Assembly (NCBI GenBank): GCA_032718475.1
Contig: JAUCBJ010007148.1
Span: 1-52,637, forward strand
Origin: Nemertoderma westbladi
Taxonomy: Eukaryota; Animalia; Xenacoelomorpha
Length of the DNA stretch: 52,637 bases
Direction: 5' to 3'
Every line of letters begins with the position of its first letter. Position 1 is the stretch's first letter. A program made the translations under genes and the position numbers. The notes below the pieces were generated by a model. That model searched no databases. It saw only the letters and a list, made by a program, of their open reading frames with translations, and was not told where the DNA came from. Of the stretch, positions 11,624-23,626 are shown piece after piece.

Positions 11624-11679
11624 TTATTGAATATGCTGTACCCACGACTGTTTCTTGGATCCGATGAATCGGACTAAAT
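11624..11679 (-). pseudogene. Polinton integrase C-terminal (chromodomain) remnant
   Basis: Reads LVRFIGSKKQSWVQHIQ* (chromodomain LVKW.G...SWV pattern) and abuts the LTR that split the gene. Confidence 0.7.
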
Positions 11680-12230
11680 TGTGACGGGATCCAGGAAGGA
11701 TCCCGATTTATCCGGTTGTTTAATTCACTCGTCCCCGCCGTGTGTATGATAGGTAAAAAAGGGAATCCGTGTCGTTCGTTGTATATAATAACTGATATAG
11801 ATATAGGGTATATAGATATAGGTGTACGGATAATGTTGTCGTATACAGAAGGCGGGATACGGTAATTAAAGTCCCGGTCCTTCCCTAGCTAAACTAACTA
11901 ACCTAAACTAGCACCAATATTACACTGAGATAACTGAACTGATATGATTACTGCCAAGTGGCTATATTGCACGGTTGGCCTTGTTACTCTACCTAATCGA
12001 TGCCTTTCCCCCCTCTGATTGGTTGATACCCTTGTTGGCGCCCTTTGGAGTGTTTCCGTTCACTCCACCTGTTCTCTCTGGGTCAGGGGTTTGGCCCCTG
12101 ACCCTCATTGTGTGTTTCCTTCCCATTTTGTTGGGGTGGCACGAGTTGGTTGATTACCCAATCTCGTGGCTCCCAATATTGCTTATCGGCTCAACTTTAT
12201 GGGGTGTTAGCGGGATTGAATAAGCTAACA
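11680..12230 (-). repeat. 3' LTR (551 bp)
   Basis: Minus strand TGTTAGC...GTCACA, preceded by the polypurine tract GGGGGGGAG (12231-12239); matches 21453-21957. Confidence 0.92.
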
Positions 12231-12940
12231 CTCCCCCCCATGCTATCTTCCCGGTGAGAAGATAGCATCCACCTTAAGTGCGCTACAATCCCGCTGGATC
12301 CCGATCTAGTATCGGGTGTGGGGTGGAATTCTTTTCTCTCGGAGCCGGCTTTCCAGGCCGCTCCCTATGGGTATGATAACGCTACCCTGTATGCCTGGCG
12401 TCTCATGTCGGGCCGATTGCGCTCACCTCTCACGCGACTTTTGTTTCCCCAACACTTTTGCCCTATCTCTTCTCCACTCTCACCCTAACTCTCTCATACC
12501 CTCGGACCTCCTCGTCCCTCACTCAGCCTCTTATTCTCCCCCCCCCCACACACTAGAATTGCGTCCGCACTCTCTCCGCACTTCGCACTATTGCTCCGTT
12601 CCTCAACCCCACTTCGATTGCCTCATCCCTTCTGACGAATCTCCCCCCTCTCTTGTGCCGTCGCACTCAAGAAGTGTGAAATTGTCTGGTGTCTCGTCCA
12701 TAGTGCCATAGTCAGTTATCCCCCCAGTCCCAGTAGCTAATTGAGAAAGGTTGTATGACTATAGTACTTACTCCGAACGTATATTTGTAGATTACTAATT
12801 GCTACGTACGTACATACAAATTACACTTATATGATTATTTGCATTAATTAGATTTGTACTTAATAGTTCGTACGTCCCACGCGGCGCCTTCCAGGCGTAC
12901 CACGTCCAAGTCCCAGTTTCTCTCCCTCGGCCCCCGGAAC

Positions 12941-15487
12941 CTATCTGTTCCTCTGGGGATAGTTCCCCCTGGCGTCCTCTTCCCTGGGTCGTTCCTTGGT
13001 TACCACCGCTCCTCTGGGATCCGCTTTCTGCTTTCGGACCTTCGCCGCCACCTCCTTGCTGATTCCGGTTGTTGGCTCCTTGGGCGCTGGTGTTATTAGT
13101 GCCCGATATCGCTTCGCCGGTGGCCCCTCAGAGTGGCCCTGTTGTCTCCCTCTGGTGGCGTCCCATAGGATCATCTTCATTGCTTGCGGTACGTGCTCCG
13201 CCAAGAAATCCCTAAACTCCCCTCGGTTCTGTGGCGTCCACCTGTCCAAATATCTTTGTGTGTTCATTACTCCGGCATACGACGCCGCCGTCGCTACCTC
13301 TTGATAGGTAAACGGTAGCCTCCGCTTTATGATTTCCATGTGAGCCTCCTGATTGATAAGGAAGAAACCCCACTTGAACTCCTGGGCGTTCATGCGCTGG
13401 CGCATCATGGCCCCGACGTCGGCCCACTCCTCGAATCTCCTGAACTTCTCTTCGTCGTCCATCCAGTCGCACTGGCGTCCGTAGTGTCCCCGAAAGTGGC
13501 ACTTTGGACATCAGTTATGCAGTCGTGGACACGCCCCCATCCTGTGGCTCGGTTCTCGGCAGTAGAGACAAGAGGTTCCCTTTTGGAACCGGTACAGGCA
13601 GCTCCTTTCCTGGTGGGTCTGTCTCCCACAGTAGTCGCAGCCGAGTACCAATGTCTCCCGCCCCACGTCGTCTCTCGTCCCAAGCGATCTCCGCGGTCTG
13701 TGGAGTCGCTGGTAGGCGAATTTCTCCACGTTGGTGTCCCTGTCTACGTCGATCTCTCCGCCCCTCTCGGGCATTGTCTCCCCGAATACTATCCGTGGTG
13801 CCGTCCCCGGTTGCTCGCCCAACCTGATAGTGCTCCCCACGAAATCCATCGCCGGCTCCTCGTGCACCCAGGTCCGCTTGCCGTATCTGTTCCAGAAGGC
13901 CCTCGCCCCACTGGCCGCCACCACCCTTCCGCCAACCCAGTCCGTGTCCGAGTGGCCTATCCTCTCGATGGGCGGCATCTCTCCGAACTCGTCGTCGTCC
14001 TCCTCCTCCTCTGGCAGTGGCTCCAACCCCGGTATCCCGATGGATCCACTATGTCCCTTCCCGCCTTGGCTCTCGCCCGTAGCTCTCCATCCCTCTAGCT
14101 CCCTTAACTTCCTTGGCGGTTGGTCGCCTTCGGCGCCCGCTGGTATGGGCATCGCTTGCAACCCCGACGTCGACTGTTTCGGCGATCCCACCGTCCATCC
14201 CAGTTCTCGCCCTAGAGACTCCCCCGAACTCCCTGACGAAGTCCAATGAAGTTCGTCTAAGCCTGCCTGTTCCTCGAAGCCGTAACTCTGTGTCCTGGCC
14301 TCCTCTTCCCTCTCCTCTGCTTCTATCCTCTCCCGTCTAGCGACTTCTTCTAGTCGCTTTGCTTCTCGTCTATCCGTTTCTAGCTGCTCCCATCTCTGAT
14401 ACGGCGTATCTGTCTCCCCGTCTACCAGATGCCGGCTATTGTAGTACACCGACTCGCCCTTCAGCCCCGGGTGGTCTACCAGACCGTCGAAGGCCATTTT
14501 AAAGGCTCTCCTGTAGCTTAGGGGTGATCCCGATAACAGAAATGCCCCTGGTTCCCTCTCGATGACCACGGTCATAAATAAGTTAAGCAAACTTATCATC
14601 ATCCAATCTTCCTGCAGGATATATCGCTTCTGATATACCTTTATCACTCCTCTGCGGAATTGATATACCTCTTGCTTTCCCGGTCTCGCTCCCCACTTTA
14701 GCGAGTTCGCTAGTTCTGCTCCGTATTCTTCCCTGAACTTCCCCCAATCCATCGATTTGTGGCACACGAGCCCCAATAATTGGCCCATTGCAACCGCCCC
14801 GCATTGGTCTGTGTTTTCGACTACCCCCAACCCATCCGGTGCCGTCATAGCCATAAAGACCTTCTGCATATCCAGGAGGTTGGTGGCGTCCGGACCGATG
14901 ATTCTCTCCGCATCCTCGCGAATCGCCGATCCCACTTTCGTCGTCGACTTCTCTCTTACCAAGACTTGTACCGCTTTCGGTAACCGGTTTAATTTCGGCC
15001 CGTCCTTCTTCCCATACGTTCCTAGATCGAATAAGAAGATGTCCCCATTTGGCGCGGCCAAATGTAGGAGTATGGTCCTGGCCGACCCCGCCGATCCTCG
15101 TCTCGAACCCGCCTCGTCTTCCACGGTTCCCTCGTCGTCTAGGATCATATATCCTCCTCTGTTGACGGACTCTATGAATCTCTTCCAGTCCTTCCTCGGT
15201 GATTCCCTCGGGTACTTCGGAATCCCGAACTTCGCCTCGTCCCCTTTCACCATGTAGTGGAAGTGTTGGAAGATCGCGTTGTCCAGCGACGGCGTCCCGT
15301 AGGTCCCGACCAGCCGCTGTTCGTGTATCTCCCGGAAGTGATCCTGCAGCTCTCATGCCGCGTGACCCCTTTCCAACCTCTCGTAGTATCCTCTCGTCTT
15401 CTCTTCCGGATGCCTCTCGGTGAAATCCACCAGCATCTCCTTTCCTCCTGACTCCGCCTTTCTCTTTCTGATCAATTTGCTCGCCAT
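12941..15487 (-). pseudogene. Extra ORF (~850 codons): DEDD 3'-5' exonuclease-like domain plus three CCHC knuckles, with two in-frame TGA stops
   Basis: Joins ORFs 13511-15253 and 12941-13462 in frame. Motifs: ILDDEGT, LLHLA, IFLFDL, KVGSAIREDA, LLDMQ, YILQED; CDYC..H..C, CLYC..H..C, CPKC..H..C. Confidence 0.75.
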
Positions 15488-15969
15488 TCCGAACACTCAC
15501 TCGCTCACCTGCAAGGTGGTGCCTTACCAAGGCGCAATACAGATGAGTGATGTATCTAGGATGTTCTGTACGGTCCGATAATGGCCTATTTCTTACTTAA
15601 CTGCGCCTTTTAACCTAAATTATTACTAATTAATTTTGAAGCTAGTAAATGAGCGTAATTTACAATTTCTGTCCGTTACTTTTATTATGTTCTAGAATAA
15701 CTTTCCTTGTGTTGCCATTATTTGTAACATTCAGCCCTATTCTATTTATTTGTAATTTTAATTTTAATTCTACTGTCCTACTACTTACTATTGCCTATGG
15801 ATTGTTCTATTCTCTAATCCACATTCTGGCCTACTCTGTGGGCCTGTGCAGTACAGCAGTATGCGTCGTGTGGCCACACGATTTACCCAGCTGTACTCAT
15901 ATGCCCCCCCTCTCGTTACTAACTGCTAACTAATATCTATATCTTATATACCCTTTTTACCTCTTATTC

Positions 15970-16750
15970 TCTCTCTCTAACTAACAGTACTACGTACCCT
16001 CTAACTCTAATTCTAACTAACTAACGGTACTACGTACCCTCTAACTCTTCTCTAACTAACGGTACTACGTACCCTCTAACTCTTTAACTAGCGGTACTAC
16101 GTACCCTCTAACTCTCTAACTAGCGGTACTACGTACCCTCTAACTCTCTAACTAGCGTTACTACGTACCCTCTAACTCTCTAACTAGCAGTACTACGTAC
16201 CCTCTAACTCTCTAACTAACGGTACTACGTACCCTCTAACTCTCTAACTAACGGTACTACGTACCCTCTAACTCTCTAACTAGCGGTACTACGTACCCTC
16301 TAATTCTCTAACTAACGGTACTACGTACCTTCTAACTCTCTAACTAATGGTACTACGTACCCTCTAACTCTTCTCTAACTAACGGTACTACGTACCCTCT
16401 AACTGTTCTCTAACTAACGGTACTACTTACCCTCTAACTCTCCTCTAACTAACGGTACTACATACCCTCTAACTCTTCTCTAACTAACTTTACTACGTAC
16501 CCTCTAACTCTTCTCTAACTAACGGTACTACGTACCCTCTAACTCTCCTCTAACTAACGGTACTATGTACCCTCTAACTCTTCTCTAACTAACGGTACTA
16601 CGTACCCTCTAACTCTCCTCTAACTAACGGTACTACGTACCCTCTAACTCTCTACTTAACTAGCGGTACTACGTACTTCCTAACTAACTAACTCTAGGTA
16701 CTACGTACCTCCTAACTAACTAACTCTAGGTACTACGTACCTTCTTACTG
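15970..16750. repeat. ~30-32 bp minisatellite, ~24 copies
   Basis: Unit CTCTAACTAACGGTACTACGTACCCTCTAACT. Confidence 0.95.
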
Positions 16751-16952
16751 ACTAACTTCTGCCTACTAACTGCTTACCTACTATGTACTACTGTTTTATT
16801 TTTATTTTCTATTTTTATCTATTTTATGTGTGGGAAGGGCGTCTCGCCCTCAATCCCACCCCCCTCAGTCCAAAGCTTGGACGACTAAACTCATGACAAA
16901 CTCCGTTAAGGTGCCCCTTCTAGCAGACAGGTAACACCTCTGCCCGCACCTT

Positions 16953-19900
16953 TTACGGATCTAACTCTTCCATCCCAGTCCAACCTATTGGACAACTCAG
17001 CGACCCAAGGGGTGATTCCTCCAGCAGGCAACTCTCCCACTGCCACCCTATAGGTCCTCTAATTCTTCGCTCCGCTCTCCTTGTCAATTCTGGTGGTCTT
17101 TTCTCCTGTCTTTGGAAATGCTGTCTGTTATTTATGTTTCTGATCTCGTGGTCGTCCCTTGGCGGCAAAGTGCCACCCTTCAACGTGTCGCCCGGCGGTA
17201 TAATGCCGCCCCTGTTCTTCTCCTTAATCTTAGATGCCACCTCTGCTGGCCTCCCCCTTAATATGTGTGCTGGCATTAAAGGCCTCGACGACCCCCGTTC
17301 GTCCTTCGGTATACACGATCTCTGCCCATGTAATGCCCCTTCGCACTCTGTCAGTCCCGCGTGCGTCTGCAGCACGCCTCCTACTTTCCCGGCTCCTTTG
17401 TCCATCACACGCCCACCCACGGGCTTCTCAGCCCCTGGTCTGGTCGTCTCAAGTCTTCTCCCTTTCCATTTAGTCCTCCTGCTCGGCCTCCCCCTTGTCG
17501 GCATGCCTCCCAACCGGACCGGCATCTCTTCCGGACACTCCTCCGGCCTGTCCCCCGGACATTTTGCCGTCCGCTCCTCTCCATCTCCATACCGATGCTT
17601 GCTGGGACTCTTGTTCCAACCCATCGTCTCTAGATCTTCTGCATCCATGCCATTCTCCTCCGCCCACTCTCTTGGTGTTGCTTCCACTTCTAGCTGTCTA
17701 CCACTATTGCCCATCTCTGGCCTCTCCTCTATCTCGTCGACAGTTCCTGGCACCATGCATCCTGAACTCTCAGACACATGGAATGGTATATTACTCTTAA
17801 TTGGGCCTGTCAGTGTCCACCCGAATGGTGTTAATATCGCCACCGGGTCACACTGCTTGTCTTCGCCGAAGACCGTTTGCATTCTTTCGTGGGCCGTTGG
17901 GCAGTCCATTCCTACTATGATGGATACCTTCCTAACGTCCACATCTGGGATTGAGAAGTCAATGTCGTCCAGGAATTTATATTGCTCGACCTCGATGTTG
18001 GTTGGCCGCCTGGCATTGATATTAATTGACTCTATCACTTGGATGGGGTCGATGGTTGCCCCATAGTCGCATCCCGGTGCCACCGCTGCAATTGCGCACC
18101 GTCCTGTTCTCATCTCCAGGATCTCATCTTTGCTAGAGATGGTTGTTACCGCCATTCTGCTTGGCCTCGTTCTCAATCCTATCTCTTCGGCCACCCATTC
18201 CTCGACTAATGTGAAGGCAGCTCCACTATCGACCAGCATTAGTGTTGTTACTGATCGATTGCCTTCCCCAATCACTCGCACGGGTACTACTCCAAGTAAC
18301 ACCGTTCCTCTCTTCTTCGCCCCTACTGTGCTCGTCGCCATCGTCTGGCCTCTCCTCTGACCAAATTTTACCGGCTTCTCCTTGCACTCCCTTGCTCTAT
18401 GTCCACTCATTACACATCGCGAGCAGATTTTGTTGCTCAACGCATAATCTATCTGATCTTGCCTAGGTAGCGCCTGCCAGTACCTGCAGTTCATGGTTTG
18501 ATGAAGCGCATTTGCGTGTAGCTGGCATTTGCTCTTTGGGTCGTAGCCCTCTTTATACAGTGCATTGCGTATCGCAGCTGCGTTTGTACCAAAGTCCCTA
18601 CTATTCTTATTGTTTGGATTCGGCCTACTGGACGTACTGGGGTTATATTTATTCGTGTTGTTATTGTTCCCCTGTCCGTTCCATGGTGTTGTCTTATCTT
18701 CGGCTAGCTGTGGACTTGCAGTCCCCTGCGTCGCTGCATATGGCAATGATTGCCTGAGCCTCGGTAATGCGTTTGATGTATTGTGCTCTGGTTTCGGTCT
18801 ATGGTAATCCGTCTTCGGTCCCTTTCCCAGGCTATCTTCGCTATAGACTGGGTCAGTTATTAGTTCAGCCTCGTAGTTTAAGAAGCTTGACATTTCTTCT
18901 AAACCCGGTTCCGCACCCTTCTTGTCTCGAGTGGAGAAAGCGATCTTCCTCCACTTGTTGCGCAGCCAGTTTGGTAGTGCCTGTGCTATCGTGGTGATGT
19001 TATTGGACGCGTTGAGCTCGTATGGCGCGTCTAGCGTCTTCAGCACGATTAGCGCCTTTTCAACCTTGTTAGCGAACCTCGCTAACTCGAAACTCGCTGT
19101 TGTGGGGCCCCTGTAGCCCCCCCCCCCCCCCACTCGCCACATCTAACTTCGCTATCCCTCACCCCGCTACTATATCCCTCTCTAGTCGACACATCAACCC
19201 TACCGCGGTCGGGTCTATTCACCCCCGCCTCCCCCTCTGCTATTGCGTGGCCTACCAGGCCCTCTACTCCCTGCCTACCAACTACGTGGCCTACCAGGCC
19301 CTCGCTGGGTCTGTCCAACCCAGCCGCTCCCTGCCTACCAACTACGTGGCCTACCAGGCCCTCACCGGGTCTATCCAACCCAGCCGCTCCCTGCCTACCA
19401 ACTACGTGGCCTACCAGGCCCTCTCTGGGTTGGCTCAATCCCGCCACTTCCGACCTACTAATTGTACAGCCTACCAGGCCCCCTTCTGCCTGGCCATACA
19501 CGCCCGACGTGTTCATGTTAATAGCGCCCATATTGGAAACAGAATTAATTTGTTCGTTTGAAACAAAATCATTTGAATTATTTTGTAAATTCGGACTTGG
19601 ATCATTATTTAAATTATTTGAATTATTTTGCACGTTCAAATTGAAATTATTATTTGTACTTAAATTTAAATTACTGCTACTGGGTAAAGCATTATTTGCT
19701 GCAATAAAGGTTTGGTTAGAGTTATCCCATACGGTACTATTAATATTAACGATGTCTACTATAGCATTATTATTACCCCCCCCCCCCCCCCCCCCCCCCG
19801 CCCGTACGGTCACACCAGTCTTGGGTCTGTCGTGCGGTCCCTTTAAGTGCGGTATTAATAAATGTATCCACGGCCCCTGCCTCCTCGAAAATACTCGAGC

Positions 19901-21368
19901 TAGCCCCACTCTCAGACGCCCCTACTCGCGCCAATTCCCGTTCGCGCATATGTACAGCTTTGTACCCTGTAAGCTCACCTTGACGTTTCTCTAGTTCCTT
20001 TTGCTCACACTCCTTCCTTGCCATTCTCTCTTTACACTCCCGTGCGTTCCGTTCGGCCAATTCTAACTCTCTTCTAGCCCCCTCCCTTCGTCTCGCCTCA
20101 CGCTCTCTGTATTCGTTTTCCTTTCTCTCCTCGCGCTCTCTGCACTCGTTTTCCTCTTTCGCCTCACGTTCCCTATGTTCCGCCTCACGCTCCCTACGTT
20201 CCGCCTCACGCTCCCTACGTTCCACCTCACGCTCTCCGCGCTCATTTTTCTCTCTCGCCTCGCGCTCTTCTTGTTCCTTCCTCCCTACTTCCTCACACTC
20301 CCTAAGGCTTCTCGCGGCCCTTTCGGCCCTCTCTCCGGTTTCCTTAATCAACGCCATTTCCCTCTCTAGCAGCACTCTCCCCTCCTCTAACCGTCTACCT
20401 ACTTCCCTTTGACCTTGCTCTATTAAATTGAGACGGTACGCGGCATTTATATCTCTCACCCGTCTTTCTCTCACGGAGGATGTAGCAGACTTATCGGTTA
20501 TAACGGATTCCCTCCGCCTCCCCGTCCTACTAACCTTCCCCCGCCTCCCGGAACTTCCTCCGACCGACGAGGCTGAATCCTCGGGGTAAACCTCGGATTC
20601 GTCCTCCTCAGGTCTCTCCCAACCCACTAATTTTACTCCCCGGGCATCGACTAAGTACGGCCCTACGTACACTACGCTAGGTTCTATACCCCCATACCGC
20701 CACAAGTCATACAGTTCCTCGGCAACCCCTATCGCTCTCTCCTCGGCCAGTCCTCTTTGCCCGAAGCGCATTAGATAATAAAAGTGTCTATTCGACTCAC
20801 CTAGTCTTCTCTTTAGTTTTACCTTGTCTATCGTCGCCCCTCCTCTGGCCTCCTCTAATAGTCTCCGGGTCGCGTTGTAGGCCCGTCGAAGTCGATCAGA
20901 AACCCCGACGTCCTCGTCGCCGACCTCTCGTCCGTCTCTCCGGGTCCGGCGTCGTACCGTCGGCCCCGCCGTCGCCGTTTTGGTGGGCCGCTCGTCGCTC
21001 TCGGCCCGTAGCTGGCCGGCGACATCGGTACCGACATCTCCTCCGTCTCTTCGGGTCCGGCGTCGTACCGTCGGCCCCACCGTCGCCGTTTCGGTGGGCT
21101 GCTCGTCGCCCTCGGCCTGTGGCTGGTTGGCGACATCGGTACGTCGACCCACGTCTCATGTCGACTCGTCTCCGTCTCCCTCCGTCTCGCTCTCTCCTTC
21201 TCTTGGCTCGACCTCGGGTTCCAGGCGGCCCCCATCATCCTGGACTGCCGGATGACCCGTTACCGATGGGTCCGGCGTTGTGGGCCTGTACCGCCTGGTT
21301 GCGGCCTCGCGGATCGTTGATTCTTTGTCCGGGGTCCGCGTCGGCGTTGTCTCTCCCGACTGGCTCAT
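16953..21368 (-). pseudogene. gag: BEL/Pao gag-protease polyprotein, broken by one TGA and two poly-G frameshifts; pol internally deleted
   Basis: Coiled-coil N-terminus; LPNWLRNKW..FLNYEAE..DPVYS; CxxH and CSRC..GH..C knuckles; LVDSGAAFTLV protease; TPFGWTLTGP; integrase relic RPLMPAHILRG. Confidence 0.85.
19244..19480. repeat. 60-bp coding tandem repeat in gag (EGLVGHVVGRQGAAGLDRP)
   Basis: Seen directly, about 4 copies. Confidence 0.9.
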
Positions 21369-21452
21369 CTCGCTTGGTGGTTGGTGGCTGGTGGTTTAGC
21401 TGGCTAGGGGAACAGTTCCGGTTTAATTACTAACTGGTCGGGCTTTAATTAC

Positions 21453-21957
21453 TGTGACGGGATCCAGGAAGGATCCCGATTTATCCGGTTGTTTAATTCA
21501 CTCGTCCCCGCCGTGTGTATGAAAGGTAAAAAAGGGAATCCGTGTCGTTCGTTGTATATAATAACTGATATAGATATAGGGTATATAGATATAGGTGTAC
21601 GGATAATGTTGTCGTATACAGAAGGCGGGATACGGTAATTAAAGTCCCGGTCCTTCCCTAGCTAAACTAACTAACACCAATAAACCAGCACCAATATTAC
21701 ACTGAGATAACTGAACTGATATGATTACTGCCAAGTGGCTATATTGCACGGTTGGCCTTGTTACTCTACCTAATCGATGCCTTTCCCCCCTCTGATTGGT
21801 TGATACCCTTGTTGGCGCCCTTTGGAGTATCCTTTTGGAGTCACTCCACCTGTTCTCTCTGGGTCAGGGGTTTGGCCCCTGACCCTCATTGTGTGTTTCC
21901 TTCCCCTTTTGTTGGGGGTGGCACGAGTTGGTTGATTACCCAATCTCGTGGCTCCCA
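21453..21957 (-). repeat. 5' LTR, lacking its outer ~55 bp
   Basis: Matches 11680-12175 and then joins the integrase directly, so no TSD survives. Confidence 0.92.
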
Positions 21958-22981
21958 TCCCATTGCGTACACGTTCTTTAAGTTTGCCAATATTTTTGTC
22001 AATTGGAAGATAAATATTACTATTCGGGTGGACCTTTTGGAGTTCGTATGAATAAAATGAGCCATTTATTATAGCTCCAGCGCTGTCCTTAATATCGAAC
22101 ATTACCGCTGGTACTCTATCCAACCTGACACGATGAATAATAAATAATTCACGTGTCCATTGTTCTCGATAGCCTTTAGCAAAAGCAGTACGAGCGATAG
22201 ATAATCGTACTGTATCTCCAACTTTAAATTTTATTTTCTTGTGATTAATCTGTCTATATTTCCCATATAATCTATTCATTAATACAGTTTCATTAAATTT
22301 ATTAACTTCAATAGGTGTCATTTGTATTGTCCTATGATATGACCTATTATAAGCATAAATGAGCTTTGGTAAAATTTTAATCCAAACATTATTTCCCCGT
22401 TGCGTGAAAATTTTGAACATCTTTGTTTTTAATGTTCTATTGAATCTCTCGACAATAGCCGCCTTATTCACAGAATACATTACGTAATACTGTATACCTA
22501 ACGTATCTAAATATTTTCTTACAGATTTATTTAGAAAGTCAGACCCTTGATCAGTCGCGATTCTGTTTGGTTTTCCTTTCTGGAATATTTTTTGCAATAT
22601 ACTAATAATTTCAATACCCTTTTTTGTTTTCATACCATAGGCAAAAGCAAGCCTGCTAAAGGCATCAATACATGTTAATATATAGTTATAATTATTATTT
22701 TGCGATTTATATTGCTGCATATCCACCAGATCTATCATATATATATCTTTTAAGCCTCCCGTAAATATTTTAGATGTTGGATAATGATGTCTACGTGGAG
22801 CGTGAAGGGTGTATGTCTTTTGCCCGCTCAACCATTTCTGGGCTTGTGCTGGTTTGATGTTTGCAGCTTTTGCTAATTTTGCAACACTTGCAAAACCCGC
22901 GGGGGATGAAGGATCTAAATAAAATCTTAACAGTTTTTTGTCTAAGCTTCGGTTTAAAATCGGTTTCATCTTGCGTGGCAT
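21958..22981 (-). pseudogene. Polinton retroviral-like DDE integrase, interrupted in its chromodomain
   Basis: Y.DPSSPAGF, TYTLH, IDLVDM, ILTCIDAFSR, TDQGSDF, VERFNRTLK, FKVGDTVR, FAKGY..WT.ELF, GSFY.YELQ. The ORF tail below 21958 is LTR-derived. Confidence 0.95.
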
Positions 22982-23032
22982 CTTTTCGACAACCGCAAGT
23001 ATTATGTATATTCAAATCTCTTACAAAGGGCA

Positions 23033-23203
23033 TCACCGTAAGAACAACTGAATTTTTTTAATTATTTTCTTTGAAGTTGATGTTTTAAAGGGTTTTCTTT
23101 TTGTTGTATTTACTCTAGGTATATCTTGTGGTTTTAAATCAGTAGCTAATGGTTTACTCGATACTAAATATAATTTTCTAAATGTTACTCCTGTTTTAAC
23201 CAT
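23033..23203 (-). CDS. Short basic ORF (MVKTGVTFRKLYLVS...), possibly a frameshifted Polinton gene
   Basis: ATG lies 2 bp after the upstream stop and the ORF fills the gap to the integrase; it is under 60 aa. Confidence 0.35.
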   Translation of the reverse strand: MVKTGVTFRKLYLVSSKPLATDLKPQDIPRVNTTKRKPFKTSTSKKIIKKIQLFLR

Positions 23204-23205
23204 TA

Positions 23206-23589
23206 TTACCATCCACGGTTAATTTTTTTCGCAATAGCTGCTCCAGTGGCGGCGGCACCAGCACTCGCGGCAAGTTTCGCGCCAATGCCGAGTAAGGGTA
23301 TTAGAAACGGTAGTATACCTCCAGATTGATTGCTTAACTTTTTTCTGTAACTTGATATATTTTTTATTTTACGGTTGAGTGATTTCAATACCTTCTTATA
23401 GCGGCGAATATTTCTAAATGAATGAGGGGTTAATTGTACGTTACCTTTTAGAACATTTAATGCAGTATTTACAATGAGCCGTATTAATTCGTTACTCGCG
23501 GTATGGTTAATAAAATAAGTTCTTTGTTGAGGGGTAGCGCTGCGTAGAAATTCCAGTTCGTTACGATATTTCTGCACAAGTCTATTCAT
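23206..23589 (-). CDS. Conserved Polinton basic protein with an adenovirus pX-like C-terminus
   Basis: ALNVLKGNV.LT motif, then QSGG|ILPFLIPLL followed by an Ala/Gly-rich hydrophobic helix. Confidence 0.8.
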   Translation of the reverse strand: MNRLVQKYRNELEFLRSATPQQRTYFINHTASNELIRLIVNTALNVLKGNVQLTPHSFRNIRRYKKVLKSLNRKIKNISSYRKKLSNQSGGILPFLIPLLGIGAKLAASAGAAATGAAIAKKINRGW

Positions 23590-23626
23590 TGTTGCAACAT
23601 TATTGAAAATTGTTACAAAATATTAA

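Larger units (their letters stand above)
11680..21957 (-). mobile_element. Non-autonomous BEL/Pao LTR retrotransposon with an extra ORF
   Basis: Two near-identical LTRs, a PPT and Pao-type gag-protease. RT and RNase H are absent and only an integrase remnant is left. Confidence 0.9.

Noticed and set aside
15970-16750. CRISPR array
   Set aside because: The ~30-bp repeats are contiguous with no unique spacers, there are no cas genes, and the context is eukaryotic.
12316-21433. Many overlapping plus-strand and alternate-frame ORFs
   Set aside because: Shadow ORFs of GC-rich retroelement coding sequence with no motifs.
21770-21957. Integrase C-terminal extension
   Set aside because: Read-through into the LTR; ORFs 11975-12223, 21752-22051 and 40396-40836 are likewise LTR sequence.
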